From the NCBI GenBank assembly GCA_037447605.1, contig CM074807.1, positions 1,612,001 to 1,676,000 of the forward strand: a stretch of 64,000 nt of DNA, read 5' to 3'. This document shows, piece by piece, positions 36,628-50,076 of the stretch. The translations under genes were made by a program, and so were the position numbers. The DNA is from Zygnema circumcarinatum SAG 698-1b. Lineage: Eukaryota > Plantae > Zygnematophyceae. Under the pieces are notes generated by a model. That model saw nothing but the letters and a program-made list of their open reading frames with translations. It did not search any database and was not told the DNA's origin. Each line of letters starts with the position of its first letter. The stretch's first letter is position 1.

Positions 36628-39600
36628 ATGGCGGTCGCCGTGCCGCCGGTGGCAGGGGCGGGGAATCCGTTCAGCCATCTGCACAGCCGGGACTTCGTCG
36701 GACACAAGAAGAAGGTGCGATACATGACTTCCCTGCAGACATGCTGGAAAAGCTGGCCAGCCAGAGAGCATTCAGGGTTTGCTCACTTTGAGGGTGGATG
36801 AAAACTAAGATACTGAGTGCGGGTCGTATCTGAACACTGTTAGTGATATCGTTTGGCTAGAGAAACTATGGGCACGTGCACGTGCATGGGTGTGCACGGA
36901 CTTTCAGGGTTGTTTTGGCTGCAACATAGTTGAAGGCTTGGGGAAAATTCACATTATTATCTCTTAGATTATTTTTCCAGCTGAAAGAGTTGTGCGAAGC
37001 GGACGAAGCTTCACCAGCCTGCCAGAAAATAGGTTTCTAAAGGAGCTCAAATGTCATATCGATGAATTTCGGCAGCGGAGGCACCTGTGGTATTCAATAA
37101 GCCTTTAATGTCAAATGCTTCGTGGATATTGGGCAGAATGTGGCAAAAATGTGACATTCTCCTTATGGGGGGATATTAGCATGATCAACCTACGTTTTAC
37201 TGTCGATGAAATGGCTGGTCAGTGACAAGGAAGTAGTTTCTCACATAAATGTAGCCTGCGGCAGGTACATTCGGTGGCGTGGAATTGCGAGGGAAAGAAG
37301 TTGGCTTCAGGCTCTGTGGACCAGACAGTCCGCGTTTGGCCGGTCGACGCTACCTCGGTTAGTTGCCTCTTGGCTGGGTTGACAAGTTCAAGCTTTTGTG
37401 TTCTCAGTGGAGGCAACCTAATGTCACAGTGACAGTCTGGATAGACCACGTCTTCAAATGGTAGAGGTTAAGGAACTTTTTCATTTCTTATCATTTGAAA
37501 GTTTCACTCGAGAATACTTGCCTTTTAACCTGCGTTTCTGCATTGCAGAGCAAAGCACGTGAGGTAGAGTTCAAAGGTCACACAGAGAGTGTGGACAATG
37601 TTGCCTGGGACCCACTGCACCCTGATGTTTTGACATCGGTATCTTCCGATAAGTCAGTTCGCCTCTGGGATGTGCGATGTAAGCTTGCAATTCCTTATGT
37701 CTTCATATGAACATGAAGGGATCATCAGCGTTGGAGTATCAGCTGTTACACAATCCATTGTGGTCTCATGCATGTTTTTCCATCTGTTTGGTAATACAGG
37801 CCGCCAGTTTTACTGCATCATTAGAGGTTTTAGTTTAGTCTTTAGCTTGTCCAAAAAAAATGCCTTGGTCTCGCATTTATGCCACTGTTGGTTGTTCTTT
37901 CCTATTTCATTGAGCAAGGCGAAGGATTTTTTAGAGCTCTTTCCATGAGATGTCGTAGGGGCTGACTTGCACAAATGGTTTTCCATTTCAAGGGCCATCC
38001 TTTCTTGCTTACAACTTTATTTTTGAGCGTGGCACAGCCGGCAGGTGTGAGCAGCAAGCTCTACTGAAGGGCGAGAACATCAACGTGGCGTACAGGCCGG
38101 ATGCGATGGAGATTGCAGTGGGAAACAATGTGTGTCACTGCGGCAGTACGGGCAGCCCCCCCGCCTTCACCCCTATTTTCTTTAGAAGGAGCTGCATGAT
38201 GCTCCTGTCTGACATTTCATTTGTCTTTTTGTTGCCTGGTCATCACGTCGTCGTTCGCTTGATTTTGTCACTGTCTGAGCTTTATACAGTAAGTTTAGAG
38301 TTACTAAACCGTTTTTTTCGTCCATGTGCAAACGTGGCTGTTTCTGAGAAAGGAAGCCTTGGCCTCAAGGAAGTAATGGCCTTGGCCTCAAGTTGGGCAA
38401 CCATGTTTTCCGATTTCGTTTGGGTGGAACTTCATTATTTGTTATCGAGGTGTCTTACCGAGCTCGTTCATAAACATTAATGTCGTAGCTTTGCTATTTT
38501 AACAGTGACCATCCTTGTCGGGAGTGACAGGTGGATGAGCTGTCAATTGTAGATGCGAGAACCTTCACAGTGGTGCAGACTCGGGCATACAAGTATGAGG
38601 TCTGCTAACTTTTCCTCTTCTAAAGCGATGCCTTCCATAAATCATTGAGGGGCTGCATGTTAAGTAGGCCTGAAGGCGGAGCGCTATCATGTTGGATTTC
38701 TTCAGACGCACAGATCCATGCAAAACATTTGTCTTCTGCCTCTGTTGACTTCGTTTATCAATATAGACGGAAGTGATCACTTGCAAGCACACTTGTTCCC
38801 TCCACGTGCCCCTTCTGATATGCAGTGAATGGATTCTGGATATCTGCCTTGTGCTGTTTTTGCTGCAGGTGAATGAGATCTCCTGGGACCTTACTGGCGA
38901 ACTATTTTTTGTCACCACAGGAATAGGTATTTCTTACTCTCATGCTTCACAGCCCTCAGCCTTTAGCATTGCGTTTTGGGTTTATTCAATTGGTTCCTTT
39001 CATCGTGGCATATCTCGATTTTGCTATTTTTTTTTTATAATGTACTAGGTCTGAGAGCGTGTAGGTTGTGCAGAGACTGTCAAGCATAGGCTTCATGGGG
39101 ACTATTCCAATGTGCGACTGCTTGCATCTCTCTTCTGTTGCCGAGCGGTCTCATAATGCGGGACATAATAGTCAAAATTGTTCACTTCTTCGTCCTATAA
39201 TATGCTGACATATATGCGTTTGCTGGCAAAACAACCGGTCGATTCATCAGCCGATCAATCAGTTGTAGTCCTTTGTATTTGTAAGTTCTACAGGGGCAGA
39301 TCGTGTCCCAACGGTGTTGCTGAACTATCTCCATGGAGCTTGAAGTGAAATTGAATCCCAACCGGACGACTAAATCTCTCTCTCTCTCTTTCTCTCTCTC
39401 TCTCACACACAGGTGCTGGGGCTGTTGAGGTGCTGGAGTATCCATCCATGGCTCCTCTTGATACCCTTCAAGCCCACACTGCAGGAGTGTACTGCCTCGC
39501 CATAGATCCCAAGGGGAGGTAAGCTTCACCTTAACACTGCCGACTCTCTATACCTTACTGTTTAAGGCCAGGTCATGGTGACTCCCATAATCGAAGGGCG

Positions 39601-41164
39601 ATTCAGACTTCATGTCATAAACTCAGTTGGAGGGATCCAATTTCTTCCACCTCCATGGTCTGACCTGCCTCATTGAGCTCGTTGTCAGGTATTTTGCGGC
39701 CGGCAGTGCGGATGCACTTGTGAGCATGTGGGACGTTCGCACTATGCTCTGTGCACGGACCTTCTCAAAACTCGAGTGCGTTTGCCCCCTCCCTCGTCCA
39801 ATAAGCTAGGCTTCGAGGAGTCCTGTCATGTCAGAAAAAGTCTCACGTGTCATTTCAACACGCTAAAGAAATCGAGGTCTAGCTGTAAAACGGAAGGATG
39901 AGAGTTTGTTTGTTCCCATACTAGAATATTATCTCACGTACAGATTAGCTTATGATCTGTTCGCCGAAACACTTGTTCAGAGTTGTTGACCCTGAACCTT
40001 AGGGGCTCAAAGGTTCAACTAGTTCATGTTTATGTGTGCCCTAAAGCATCTTCAGTAAATGCATTCCTGCTAATTGAATGAATAGTTCACCAAACAAGTT
40101 AGGGTAGTGAGACAGTCTGAGAATGTGAGCAGCTTGAAGGTTTGTGATGTTTGTATGTTGAGTAAGGAAGCCTCTTTTAGGTATCCCTTGTTCCCTCCCT
40201 TAGAAGCATCCGACCTTGTGCTCAGGGCTGCAGGTGGCCGGTCAGAACAGTGAGCTTCAGCCATGATGGGCGATACTTGGCATCTGCGAGTGAAGACCTC
40301 TTCATTGACATTGTCAGACAACTACTCTGTGCCTTTCCGTTCCCACCCATAACGTTTTCTTTCTTTTCACCCTCGATTGTTGATGGTTTGATTCTATGGG
40401 CATTTTTACTTCTTCCCACCTTTTTTCCTTTCCTTTTGTCTTATGACAATACATATGCCTGATAGATTGGAAGCACCTGTATGAGCACTTGATGATTCTG
40501 ATCATTACTCGGGTTCCTCCGTCTACCACAAAAAGCTTGTTATTAGCAATCTGCCAAAAATTAAATGCCATTGCAGTGTGATTCAACTTGGTAAAGGTCG
40601 AGGGAGGAGCTGAGGGTTTATAATGTTGTGAGAATGCGATTGAACAATGCTACTACTTGCAGTGAATCTGAGGATTTTCGTCTCCGCCTTCCAAGGTCAT
40701 GTCTTCGTCTAATGGGCCTTTCTTGCACAGTACCGCCCCTGACGTTGGTTATTGTCTCGTCTTGTCACAGGCTGAGGTGGAGACTGGCCAATCGGTGCAT
40801 CAGATAGCTTGCAGATATGCAATGAACAGTGTCGCATGGAGCCCTCGCTACCCTCTGCTCGCGTATGCTGCAGACGACGATGGCAGATATGGCAACCCAG
40901 GTAGCCTCGCTTTGCAGACTGGCAATACTCTTGGCATTCCATAGCAGATTTTGGGTGATTCCCCCTTGGCTTTCAGCGTCTGAATACATCCACGAAAGAA
41001 GTAGGCGCATGCTGTCTGCTTGAGAAGACCCTCATTCATTCGGGATGACTTCATTTCTTGAAGGTGAGAAGGATACAAAAGTGCGGTGCTGCTGCTGATA
41101 GCGCATTTGTTGGTTTGTTTGCTGTCCAGGCACGTTTCGCGTGTTTGGCTTTGAAAACCCGTGA
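36628..41164 (+). CDS. THO3: THO complex subunit 3 / TEX1 (WD40)
   Basis: SRDFVGHKKK-VHSVAWNCEGKKLASGSVDQT..GENINVAY..EVNEISW..AHTAGVYCLAIDPKGRYFAAGSADALVSMWD..WPVRTVSFSHDGRYLASASEDLFIDI..AMNSVAWSPRYPLLAYAADD..FRVFGFENP*. About 10 GT-AG exons. Confidence 0.95.
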
Positions 41165-42055
41165 GGTTACGGAGGGCGTTGGCCGTTGGCGCCGTTCATC
41201 AGTGGCGCCTTACGTTGCTCCTCAAACAACCAACCGCTGCATCAATCAGTCGCTGGAGTCTTCTCAGGATCGAGTCAATTCATTGTTTTTGCTTTGCCTC
41301 AGCGCCATCAAGTTCGTGCATGCGGCGAATCAGATTGTGTGATTCCTTGCAACTTCAGTGAGTCCAACCGAAGGGCCGAATGGCACTCAGAAGCATTCCC
41401 GAGGCTGCGTTGGCACGACAGACATTAGATATGGCACCCGCCATGGTCAGCGACGAGCTTCATGCCAAATGTTACCACTGCACTGGGCCCTGCTCAACAT
41501 CGCCACGCGAGTAGGGAATAAAGGAACTGAATTATGTACTCAGTTCAGCAGAGCAGCAGGATAAGAGGTTTCCACAGTTTTGAAAATTTTACAGGGCGAC
41601 CCATCGTGATTTTCACCTCACACCAAAGATTCTTTTTCTAAAATCGAGAAAGTTTCAGGATTGTATCTTTCAATGTTTTTGAGAGGACATCAAGTAAATC
41701 AGCAATCTTCAATTCTCAGTTTATCTTTTCTGTTCGTCAGTGGTACAAAAGTTGCAGTAGATTGGAGATGTCTCGTTACTTAGATCAATGAATCAACTGA
41801 AGAAAAGTTGAGCTTGAAAGTATACACTGACTTGTTCTGAATATACATGTACAAATTGAATCTGCCCCCTATTATCATGAAGAACGCAGAGATGGCGTGT
41901 TAAGTCCAATCCAAGATTCTTGGGGGTAGACAAAAACCCCTTCTGCCATGAGCGTTGACTCTCCCTACATTCTGCACTTGGAGGAGACCAGCTAGGAAAG
42001 TCCAGCATTCTTCAAAGGTTGTCAAATGCTGCTTGGTTACAAAGGCCTGTGAATG

Positions 42056-44142
42056 TTATGACCTCCGCCCCCTTTTCACCCGGACAGGCCTCTCGTCCAC
42101 GTTCTCCCTTTCAACAATCGCAGCTCCCACGACAGGCCATTCAGCTCGACAAGTTTCGTTCGCACACACCCGAGAAACCTAGCGGGCACACAGTCGTAGA
42201 AATTCCGCAATTATTTGTTATGCATAGCCAATATAAGATGTTTAGAGCTGAACCTGAACCAGCTAAAGAACAAGAATCTCCTGAAAAATAAGACTCACCG
42301 TAGTTCTGGAGAACTTCCTCTGGGCGCAATACCAATGCAGGCGTGCAGAGCAATCAGGATTGGAACAAACTTGTGCCTGCAAAACATCACAGGTAGGATG
42401 GATATCATAGTCATTCTCCAGCTCCCTCGCTAAGTTTCACGATAATACATGCTTTTATCCCCTTAAAACTGGAATGCTTAAGCAGTTAAGGCAAAGCAGA
42501 TGAAATAGGGAAAGGGAGAGACACAGAGTGATGTTATGTCCTGACAAGAATGCCAACTGGATTGTGATTGTGAGTATAGTCTCGACCTGTTACTACTTAA
42601 AACTTTCAGTGCACTCGCGTGTTTGGAAGCACCGTACGTTATATTGGCAGCTCACCCTGATTGCAGCTTCATCACAGTGTTCACATGCAGGCACACCTTC
42701 AATACTTTTAAGGTATGACTTCAGCTCCAAATATGTGCGAACGCCGAGCCCAATACGACCATCTTCAGAATACCTCAGCCATTGCTCTGCTGCAAGCTCC
42801 CTAAGAAGGTTTTGCCTTTCTGTTTTGCTCAACAGTCTCAATGCTGAGGCTTGACTGCTCTGTGTTTGGCTTTCAGAACCCTCCTGTTTAGATACAGCAA
42901 AGCAATTAAAAAAGTTAGTCCAATTGAAGAATACAACCTTGCATCGGACGGGGCTGCGACATTCCCGATATGCATCAAAATATCTGTAGGCATACTATAG
43001 TAGGGCCTACATATCCCAGCAATGAAGGACTTGGCGATCGATGTCTGGGTTTCAGCAGCGTACAGTTGCCGGAGACATAGAAAGCACCTCAAGTAAGTGC
43101 ATATTGGCTTTATCTAACAAGTCTACAAGAACACATGAAAAGTACCTCAGATGATAGTTGGAGATTTAGTGCCTCAGTGCTGCCAATGCTTCCTGAAGCT
43201 TCTGGATCCAAAGCTATAGCCTCTACCTGAAAAACAACGAAGAACAACGTCATTTCCCATGAGCTTAGTTTTTTAGGAGCCACTAGATGGCGAGCGGGGA
43301 ATCCAAACCAAAGGCTAAACGAAAAGGCTTACTCACAAGAAGCATCCACAGGACAGAGCGTTCAAGCACGCAAACAAAAGTTCAAGACGAACGTTGCTCT
43401 TCATGAATTTTGAATGATTATCATAAACATGATATGCAGGTTCATCAAAACGTGCTAATGCAACTACTCCTTCAAAAATGACGAAGACTGCAAGGTTGCA
43501 GCACAAAAGCTTACCACAGCTTTGAAGAAACAAATTTGTGCGTGAGAAAAGCGTGTTCCAAACTTAGCATGAGAATCAGCGACCTTATTCACTAATCCAT
43601 AATGCACACTGCCTGTCTCTTGTGCCACCCCCGGCCTAATTTCCATCTGGACATACTCCAATCCAGAGTTGATGGCTGCTATAAATTCGTGAAATCCATT
43701 CTCTGCACTCCACCATGCCAGGCGGCGCTTCGTAAGCTAGCATCCTTACTTTGCTAAACCAGGCTGCAACACCGCATTTGCACTGCACTGTCGTTTGAGA
43801 CAATCCGGACACCAGTTCAGACTTTAAAATCTATCTCTCTGCTGCTCGCACAACCTCGGGACTTCCTGTATCCACATTGAATGTCGACCAATGATGAAAT
43901 AAATAAAGGAAATCTGGAAGGGCTATAATTGATAGACAAACTTCCACCAAATGCTTGAAAGTTGAAAGACGGAGCTCAGCCATGGCTGGCTGGTTAGCTA
44001 GCTGCCGAGGAGCAGGACCTCGCACGTTGGCGGCTTCCCTCGCAAGCAGCTTCGCGTCGCGCTCTGCGAGGGGGCCGCGCGCCAAGAGCGCCTGCAGCAC
44101 CGTGTGGTGCCGCGCGTCCAGAGCCTCCCTCGCCGTCGCCAT
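42056..44142 (-). CDS. NSE1: Non-structural maintenance of chromosomes element 1 (SMC5/6 complex RING subunit)
   Basis: LDARHHTVLQALLARGPL, YGLVNKVAD, GLGVRTYLEL and the C-terminal RING (CEHCDEA..CSNPDCSARLHWYC..CANETCRAEW); six in-phase exons. Confidence 0.9.
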
Positions 44143-44327
44143 GGCCGCGACTTCACCTTGGGCACTCCTTTCTTGGCCTGTCTGTCTATCCGTCTCTCTC
44201 TCGAGAGAGAAAAATAGGTGAATAGGGGAAAGCAGCTAAACCGAGGTGGAAAACAAGGAAAGCCACACACAGAGAAAGTCAGCGCGCCAGACACCGAGGT
44301 GGAAAACAAGGTGAGCAAGAAAAGAGA

Positions 44328-44400
44328 CGCGCCAGACAGGGATCGAACCTGCGACCTTTTGCTTAGGAAGCAAACACTCTATCCACTGAGTTACAGGCGC
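44328..44400 (-). tRNA. tRNA-Arg (anticodon CCT)
   Basis: GCGCCTGTAACTCAGTGGATAGAGTGTTTGCTTCCTAAGCAAAAGGTCGCAGGTTCGATCCCTGTCTGGCGCG, 73 nt. Cloverleaf with TTTGC/GCAAA anticodon stem, GTTCGA T-loop and AT-rich upstream flank. Confidence 0.97.
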
Positions 44401-45597
44401 TTCCTGTTAATGGCTACTATGTAAAAAATAAATAAAAATATAAAAAGGAAGAAATATGTAAAACAAAGTCGTTATGGATTCGTTGGTATATTGCTCCAAA
44501 CGCAGGCTTTCTCGCTTGCGCTCGAATTGCAACACAATGTTCTTTGACCACACTCTTCATGCGATTGTATCATAATATGGAGTAGGCGGCCCTCATTTGG
44601 GACAGGGTTTTTGACAGATGCGGTGTTTGCTGGACAGGTCTCGCGGGTCAGGACTGCCTTCAGTAGCGAGGCTCTGGGGACGTATGGCCGTTGGCTGCCA
44701 GATTACCAATTGACGTACATTGCTATGTGAGAGTCTGCCAGAAAATAGTGGTCGACTAGAGGCCGGACTTCTCTTGGATCACCTGTGCTGCATATGCAGG
44801 CGTGTCTGCCTACCCGCAAGAAGCGAACCAATAGTCAAGGCGAAGACGTTGTCAAAAAGTTGTGAGGGTTGGCCAGGATTACGATTTAGTGGGTGAGGTT
44901 TTCGTTCTTGATGCCACAAACGTCCTCAGCAGGCGGTGCAGCGCTATTGAAAAGCCTCTCACCATGGGTGCATTTTTGTAACGAGGAGAACAGAATCTTA
45001 AATAATGCTGAATGCTGGCCGTTTGCTCATGTGAAGGTATCCAACCGAGGGCGTCCAACCAGACACGTTCTGCCACAGTGTTGCTCCGAGACGCTAATCA
45101 AATCCAATAACCTACATCCATTTCTTGCCTACTGTCAGAGCTACCGCAGAGAATGCCCTCCCTATCTAATCTAATCTGGACATGAACTAAACGACAACAA
45201 CTGTGTCAAGCTCAGTTACTTCAGAAAGTAAAAGAGAGGAATCGCTGAAAGTCGCCATTTTTCACATGCCACATAACGAGTACTTCCCATCTATTGACTG
45301 CGCTCATGAAAGTTGAAAGTCGTCAGATTCAATGCCGGCCAATTCGAATGGAGTCCTCGTTACAAGTTTTGGACAAATGCGAGGACCGGAGCTCCCAAGG
45401 TGTAAGATCCACACACCGCTATATACAGAGCAATCAGCGTGATTTTCTAAGTTGCTTCCACCTCTCGAGCGGCTCATCCAGCAGACTTGCGAATATATTT
45501 TTGCCATTACTCGTTTCAGGGTCGCTCGTAAGCCAAAGTCGAATACCTTAACAGCCATGCGAATGCCCGATTCACACCTGCCCGGTCTGGCGCGACA

Positions 45598-46952
45598 TTA
45601 GCGGGAATTTGCTGCATCCTTCAGCAATTTCTGCTTCTCTTCTTGCAACCGCTTAATCTCGCGGTCCAAATTGTAGCTCATTACCTGCAGGGGAAAAGTC
45701 CACCAACGTTGAAAAAAGGAAAAGTAGATAATAATTAAACCCAGCTTGAACGCGTTAACCAAGCACATCTGGACCGTTTCTAGTCCAGTGCAGACACAAA
45801 TTTTTGAAACCCTAACTATTTTCGCTCCTCCAACGCAGTCCTACATGCATTAACGTTTTTGGCATGCACATAAACTTGTCAGGTTCAGCTTTTCATTCTT
45901 TCAAGGGCATTCCAACTAGCCGCAAGGCAATCCATGATGGAATGAGACAATCAAACCAATCACGTCAGCAGAAACAGTATCAGTGACGAGAAAATTCAAA
46001 ATGCAGGCAACTGCAGAATATGCTCCAAATAAGAAGTGAACATAAAGAATTTTGGACGTAGTCCACGAAACAAATACCTGACGTCCAAATGGAACAATCA
46101 GGTTGTAATGCAAGACCTTCCGATTGATGTCGAGCAGCTCAACCCTCAATCTGGCAATCTCTTGCTCCCATCTCCCCTGTGTCTGTTCCTCTCCTTGCCC
46201 ATTTTTCTGTCCCTCCAAGCGCCGTCTCGATGCAGCATCAAGAGCTCGTCTCCAACGTGCCATGAGGAAGCGAATGTCTATATTCAATTGGACCCAATCA
46301 GGTGCATAGCCGCTCTCTTTAAGGACGCGGTAAGCAAGCTCTTCTGCCGGGTCTGCATGAGAAATATTCTTGTCAACGAAAGGCTTTCCATGACCTTGCA
46401 GCATATCAAATTCACCCTGACGCATCGACTGCTGCACACGCTGCTCTGCAGCATTGATGATGTCAGCTTCAGACCTGTTTGCAGGTGCCGACCAATCAGC
46501 ATTTCGCATGTCAAAGGAGCTCAGAGAGACATTTTCTTGGCGATGACTATCTTTCTCCAGAATTCGGTTTGCATTAAACCACTTGAAAACGAGCCATAAA
46601 ACAAGCAAATTGCAATACGAGAGCATGGAACAAACGAGAATCTATACTTCTTAGGTGAGAAGAATTACAGCATTAAGAAAACAAGGACATACCTCTTGGA
46701 GTCAACCCGGCCTCTGATTTCTTTGGGAATCAACCGCTGAAGCAAGCGATGCCTTGCAGCATCTAGCCGAGATAGGGCCCCCGCGAACGCACTCTGCCTG
46801 CCCGCCCTCTTGCTGCCCTCCGCGGGCTGGGGCGTCCCTCTGCCAGCAAGATCCGCTGCTGAACACATTCCCCTTCTGATAAATCTTTCGCCGCAGAGAG
46901 GCTGCAGCGCCTGGACAGCCGGCGCTCGCGAATAGCCGCGGAAAGCAGCCAT
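45598..46952 (-). CDS. DUF1992 (DNAJC28-like conserved domain) protein with organellar-type presequence
   Basis: Exons 46952-46693, 46474-46078 and 45684-45598. RSEADIINAAEQRVQQSMRQGEFDMLQGHGKP..HADPAEELAYRVLKESGYAPDWVQLN..YNLIVPFGRQ. Confidence 0.85.
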
Positions 46953-47844
46953 GGCTTCCGCCTCCTTCCCTCTGCCTCTGCCAACACGACAGCGCCAGGG
47001 ACAGCCCAAGTCTCCCTCCATTCCACCTCCAATGGGAGTTCGGCTCCAAAATTTCTTTGGAGGCTGCGGGGCAGTTCGTCTGTACGGACGGGTTTTTGCG
47101 TGGATCGCACGCCTCGTGGTGAGGTCGCGCTCGGCCGTCGGATGGAGGGCGGTCGCTGTACGGATGGAATGACCGCCGTTGGAAGGACTGGAAGGAAAAC
47201 TTTTTGACGTCGTGCACTCGTAGTGACCTCTTGGGTTTGCAGTTTGCGGTTTGTGGCCGCGATCGTTGGGAAGTGAGCAGCGAAGCGAACCGAACCGTGT
47301 GGAGGCCTTCCCTCATTTTTGAGAGAGGCTGGAGGCTTCCAATCACAGCTCTCCACGTCGGAGAAACCCAGCTACGTGGCAAATTTAGATTGGCAGATGC
47401 CATACTAATGGAAAGCCTTCTTGAGAGCATTGTGACGACCAACTTCAAAAAGAAGAAGCAAAATGGGTTTTCGTTTGAGTTGGGTTTTTAAGTGTTACAG
47501 TTTTCGACACTGCTTAGAAAGGGAAGTGTAGGGACACTGTAATAAGCAGTCACAGCATGCAGAAAAGACTTCCAGCCTAAGTTCCGCATCCAAAAGACCA
47601 TCTCATTATGTGATTGGACCCACTTGTCAAGAAGAAGCGCCAAATGCCAATGATGATTCATTCAAGCTTAAACCAAAGACAAGGAGCTTTGAGGTCATAC
47701 ACCCTGAAAAAAGTCGCCAAGCAAGGGGGAATCCTCTTAAAGAGACTAATGTCCAATCCCTTGCAGTTCGGCAGTGCCAAAAAGACAATATCCCCCATAG
47801 AGCTCCGTATTGCTCTGAGTTGAATAACTAAGTGGATATATTAA

Positions 47845-48525
47845 TTACAATTGCTGAGGCTGATGTACGAGCCTCACTACTTCCGAGAAATGAAAAACAC
47901 ACGCGATTATGACCAGCGCGTGGAACACTTCATGGTATCCGAATATCTTCGGGAAAGGGTCAGGCCACCTTGTAGTGTAAATTACAGCTCCCACCGTATA
48001 ACATATACCGCCAGCCAGCATCAGGTTAAACCCAAAGGGATCTATAACTGTGCTCAACTCCGAAGCATAGAATACGATGATCCAGCCTAACACAACGTAC
48101 AGTATGGATGAGAAGTACTTGGGAGCCTTTGCCCAAAAAAGGCACTTCAAAACACCAGCCGCAGCTCCCGACCAGACGACAGTTAGAATGTGGTGGCCCG
48201 TAGGAGGGGGCAAAGCTAGCAGACAGATGGGTGTATATGTTCCGGCGATAAGCAGAAAGATGGAAGAATGATCCAATCTTCGCATCCAAATTTGAGCTTC
48301 ATGCGACCATGTGATTCGATGGTAGAGGGCACTGGCTCCGAGGAGGAGGACGAGGGACGCCGCATATATGGAGCTTGCGAGGACAGCAATTCGGTTGGGA
48401 CAGCTGGCAATCAATACAATCCCGCTCACAAGTGCAACAAAGGCGCCATATTGGTGGAAAACACCTCGGAAGAGAGGTTTGACTGTCGACAAGTTGGTTG
48501 ATGGAGGCTTAGAAGGCTTAGCCAT
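47845..48525 (-). CDS. Hemolysin-III / PAQR (CREST superfamily) membrane protein, bacterial-type, intronless CDS
   Basis: ATG at 48525 (the track's 48606 start is TTG). KPLFRGVFHQY, ASALYH, RRLDHSSIFLLIAGTYTP, GGICYTVGAVIY and FGYHEVFHALV motifs; about 7 hydrophobic segments. Confidence 0.92.
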   Translation of the reverse strand: MAKPSKPPSTNLSTVKPLFRGVFHQYGAFVALVSGIVLIASCPNRIAVLASSIYAASLVLLLGASALYHRITWSHEAQIWMRRLDHSSIFLLIAGTYTPICLLALPPPTGHHILTVVWSGAAAGVLKCLFWAKAPKYFSSILYVVLGWIIVFYASELSTVIDPFGFNLMLAGGICYTVGAVIYTTRWPDPFPKIFGYHEVFHALVIIACVFHFSEVVRLVHQPQQL

Positions 48526-50076
48526 GGTGGAAGCTCCCTCGAGGAAAGGTCGTGGCTGGCATGAGCAAGATGGAGAGGCAAAATGGAGAGCAGACGATGA
48601 AGCCAATCAGCACCGTTGCGGCATCAAACTCGCCTTGGCAAATTCAAATATGTGAAACGAATAGCAGCAAACAAGAGCAGATATAAATTCAGACACAGCA
48701 GAAGCCAGTCCGCAGCCGTTGGTGAGCTCTATGAGTGAATGCCAATACATTCAAAAGCTATGATCAAGAACGGGACTCGAAGGCCACACCAAGACTACAA
48801 TCGTGTGAGTCGAAACTCAGATGATAGTTCAGGCGAAAGTAAAGTCAACGACAAGGCTGGGTTATCATTTTTTGCGTGCGGTGATCACGCTAAGGTCAGC
48901 AAGGAAGTAAGGGTCAGGAGGAGAGCTGAAGAGACAAGTGCATAGTTTAAGTTAGTGCTGATCCTGCCCCTACAGCTGAGATAACGGCTATGACATGGCT
49001 TAGGTAGATGACTGATACTAGGTTGGCGTTGAGAACAAGAGTACAGCGGAGAAGAAATATTAGCTTTAGGGCAACCAGAAGACAGCAAATACATCTGAGG
49101 GATGTACATTAAGGCCTTCGCCGCCTTGCAACCCACGCAGACTCAGATATCTCCGCAAATGCCAAGCAGTTATCCCAGGGGCTGGGCCGAGCTCCCACTC
49201 ACCGCCAAATAATAACCTGTTGCAGCAAATGCTGGGAAGCCCTACAGTCTTCCTCGCAAGCGCGGCGGTATGGTAGGGTGTCGCATTATCCCGGCAAAGA
49301 CAGGCCTGAGGCTATGCAGTCTCGAGACAGTTGAAATAACCTATAGGATGTCGGCCCATGTGCTGCATGTGACAGAATCGTGCAAAGCATCAAAGCTACC
49401 TTCACTGCAAACTATGAATTCTTTATTTCCTTTCCTCCGACATCCTTTCAACCTCCCCCATTTCCACTCTCCGCTCTTTCGCTCTTTCCTACTCTCTCCC
49501 TTACCCTCACTGGAAACCAAGATGCTCTAAATTTCTATGGACATGATGGACCGTGCAATGGTTGATCCAACCATTGGTGGAGGCGCTACCCCACTGGGGG
49601 GTGCCCCGCTAGTTCTGGCCTCCAGACGTGCCCTGGCAACATCTCAGCCGTCGAGTTTCCTCAGGAGAGATTGACACCGTTGAAAGTTTCGAACCTGCGG
49701 CTCTATGGTCACTGTTCCGTGATCTGCTACGTGCCAAGAACACACAGTGTAGCCACATGCCGACATGTGACAAAACGTGACGTCCGACCTCGCCGATAAA
49801 GTAATAGGAAGGGGGCCTCGGCATCCTTGACTTTGTCGAGGATCTGGTTCCGTTGGACCCTGCAAGTGCAAACCCTTCATGCCCAGTGTGAGGGCCAGGG
49901 ACAGTCCCAGTGCTGTGTCTGCGGAGGGTCTGGCGAGCAGGGAAAGGAGGGGAGGAACGAAGAGATTATAATCTGTTTAGGCTTCTCTCGCCCTCGCCAT
50001 TCAGGCGCTGAACAGCGCCACAGTGCAGTGAGCTCGCAGGAAGGTTTTGAGAGGCCGAGGACGGCCTTCGGCAGCC

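Noticed and set aside
26862-44142. UVSSA, THO3 and NSE1 as a genome-maintenance gene cluster
   Set aside because: Unrelated genes are interspersed and there is no shared regulatory signature or synteny evidence.
44283-44338. Prophage/ICE attL-attR at the tRNA 3' end
   Set aside because: Only 45 bp separate the copies, there is no integrase, and the host is eukaryotic.
44729-44746. Similarity to 3973-3991 (GAGAGTCTG.CAGA)
   Set aside because: Too short and does not extend; chance level.
45585-45594. Third, inverted copy of the tRNA 3' 10-mer
   Set aside because: A 10-bp match in 64 kb is plausible by chance.
46475-46626. N-terminal part of the 236-aa ORF as coding sequence
   Set aside because: Homology pattern and phase indicate the exon starts at 46474; this part is an open intron.
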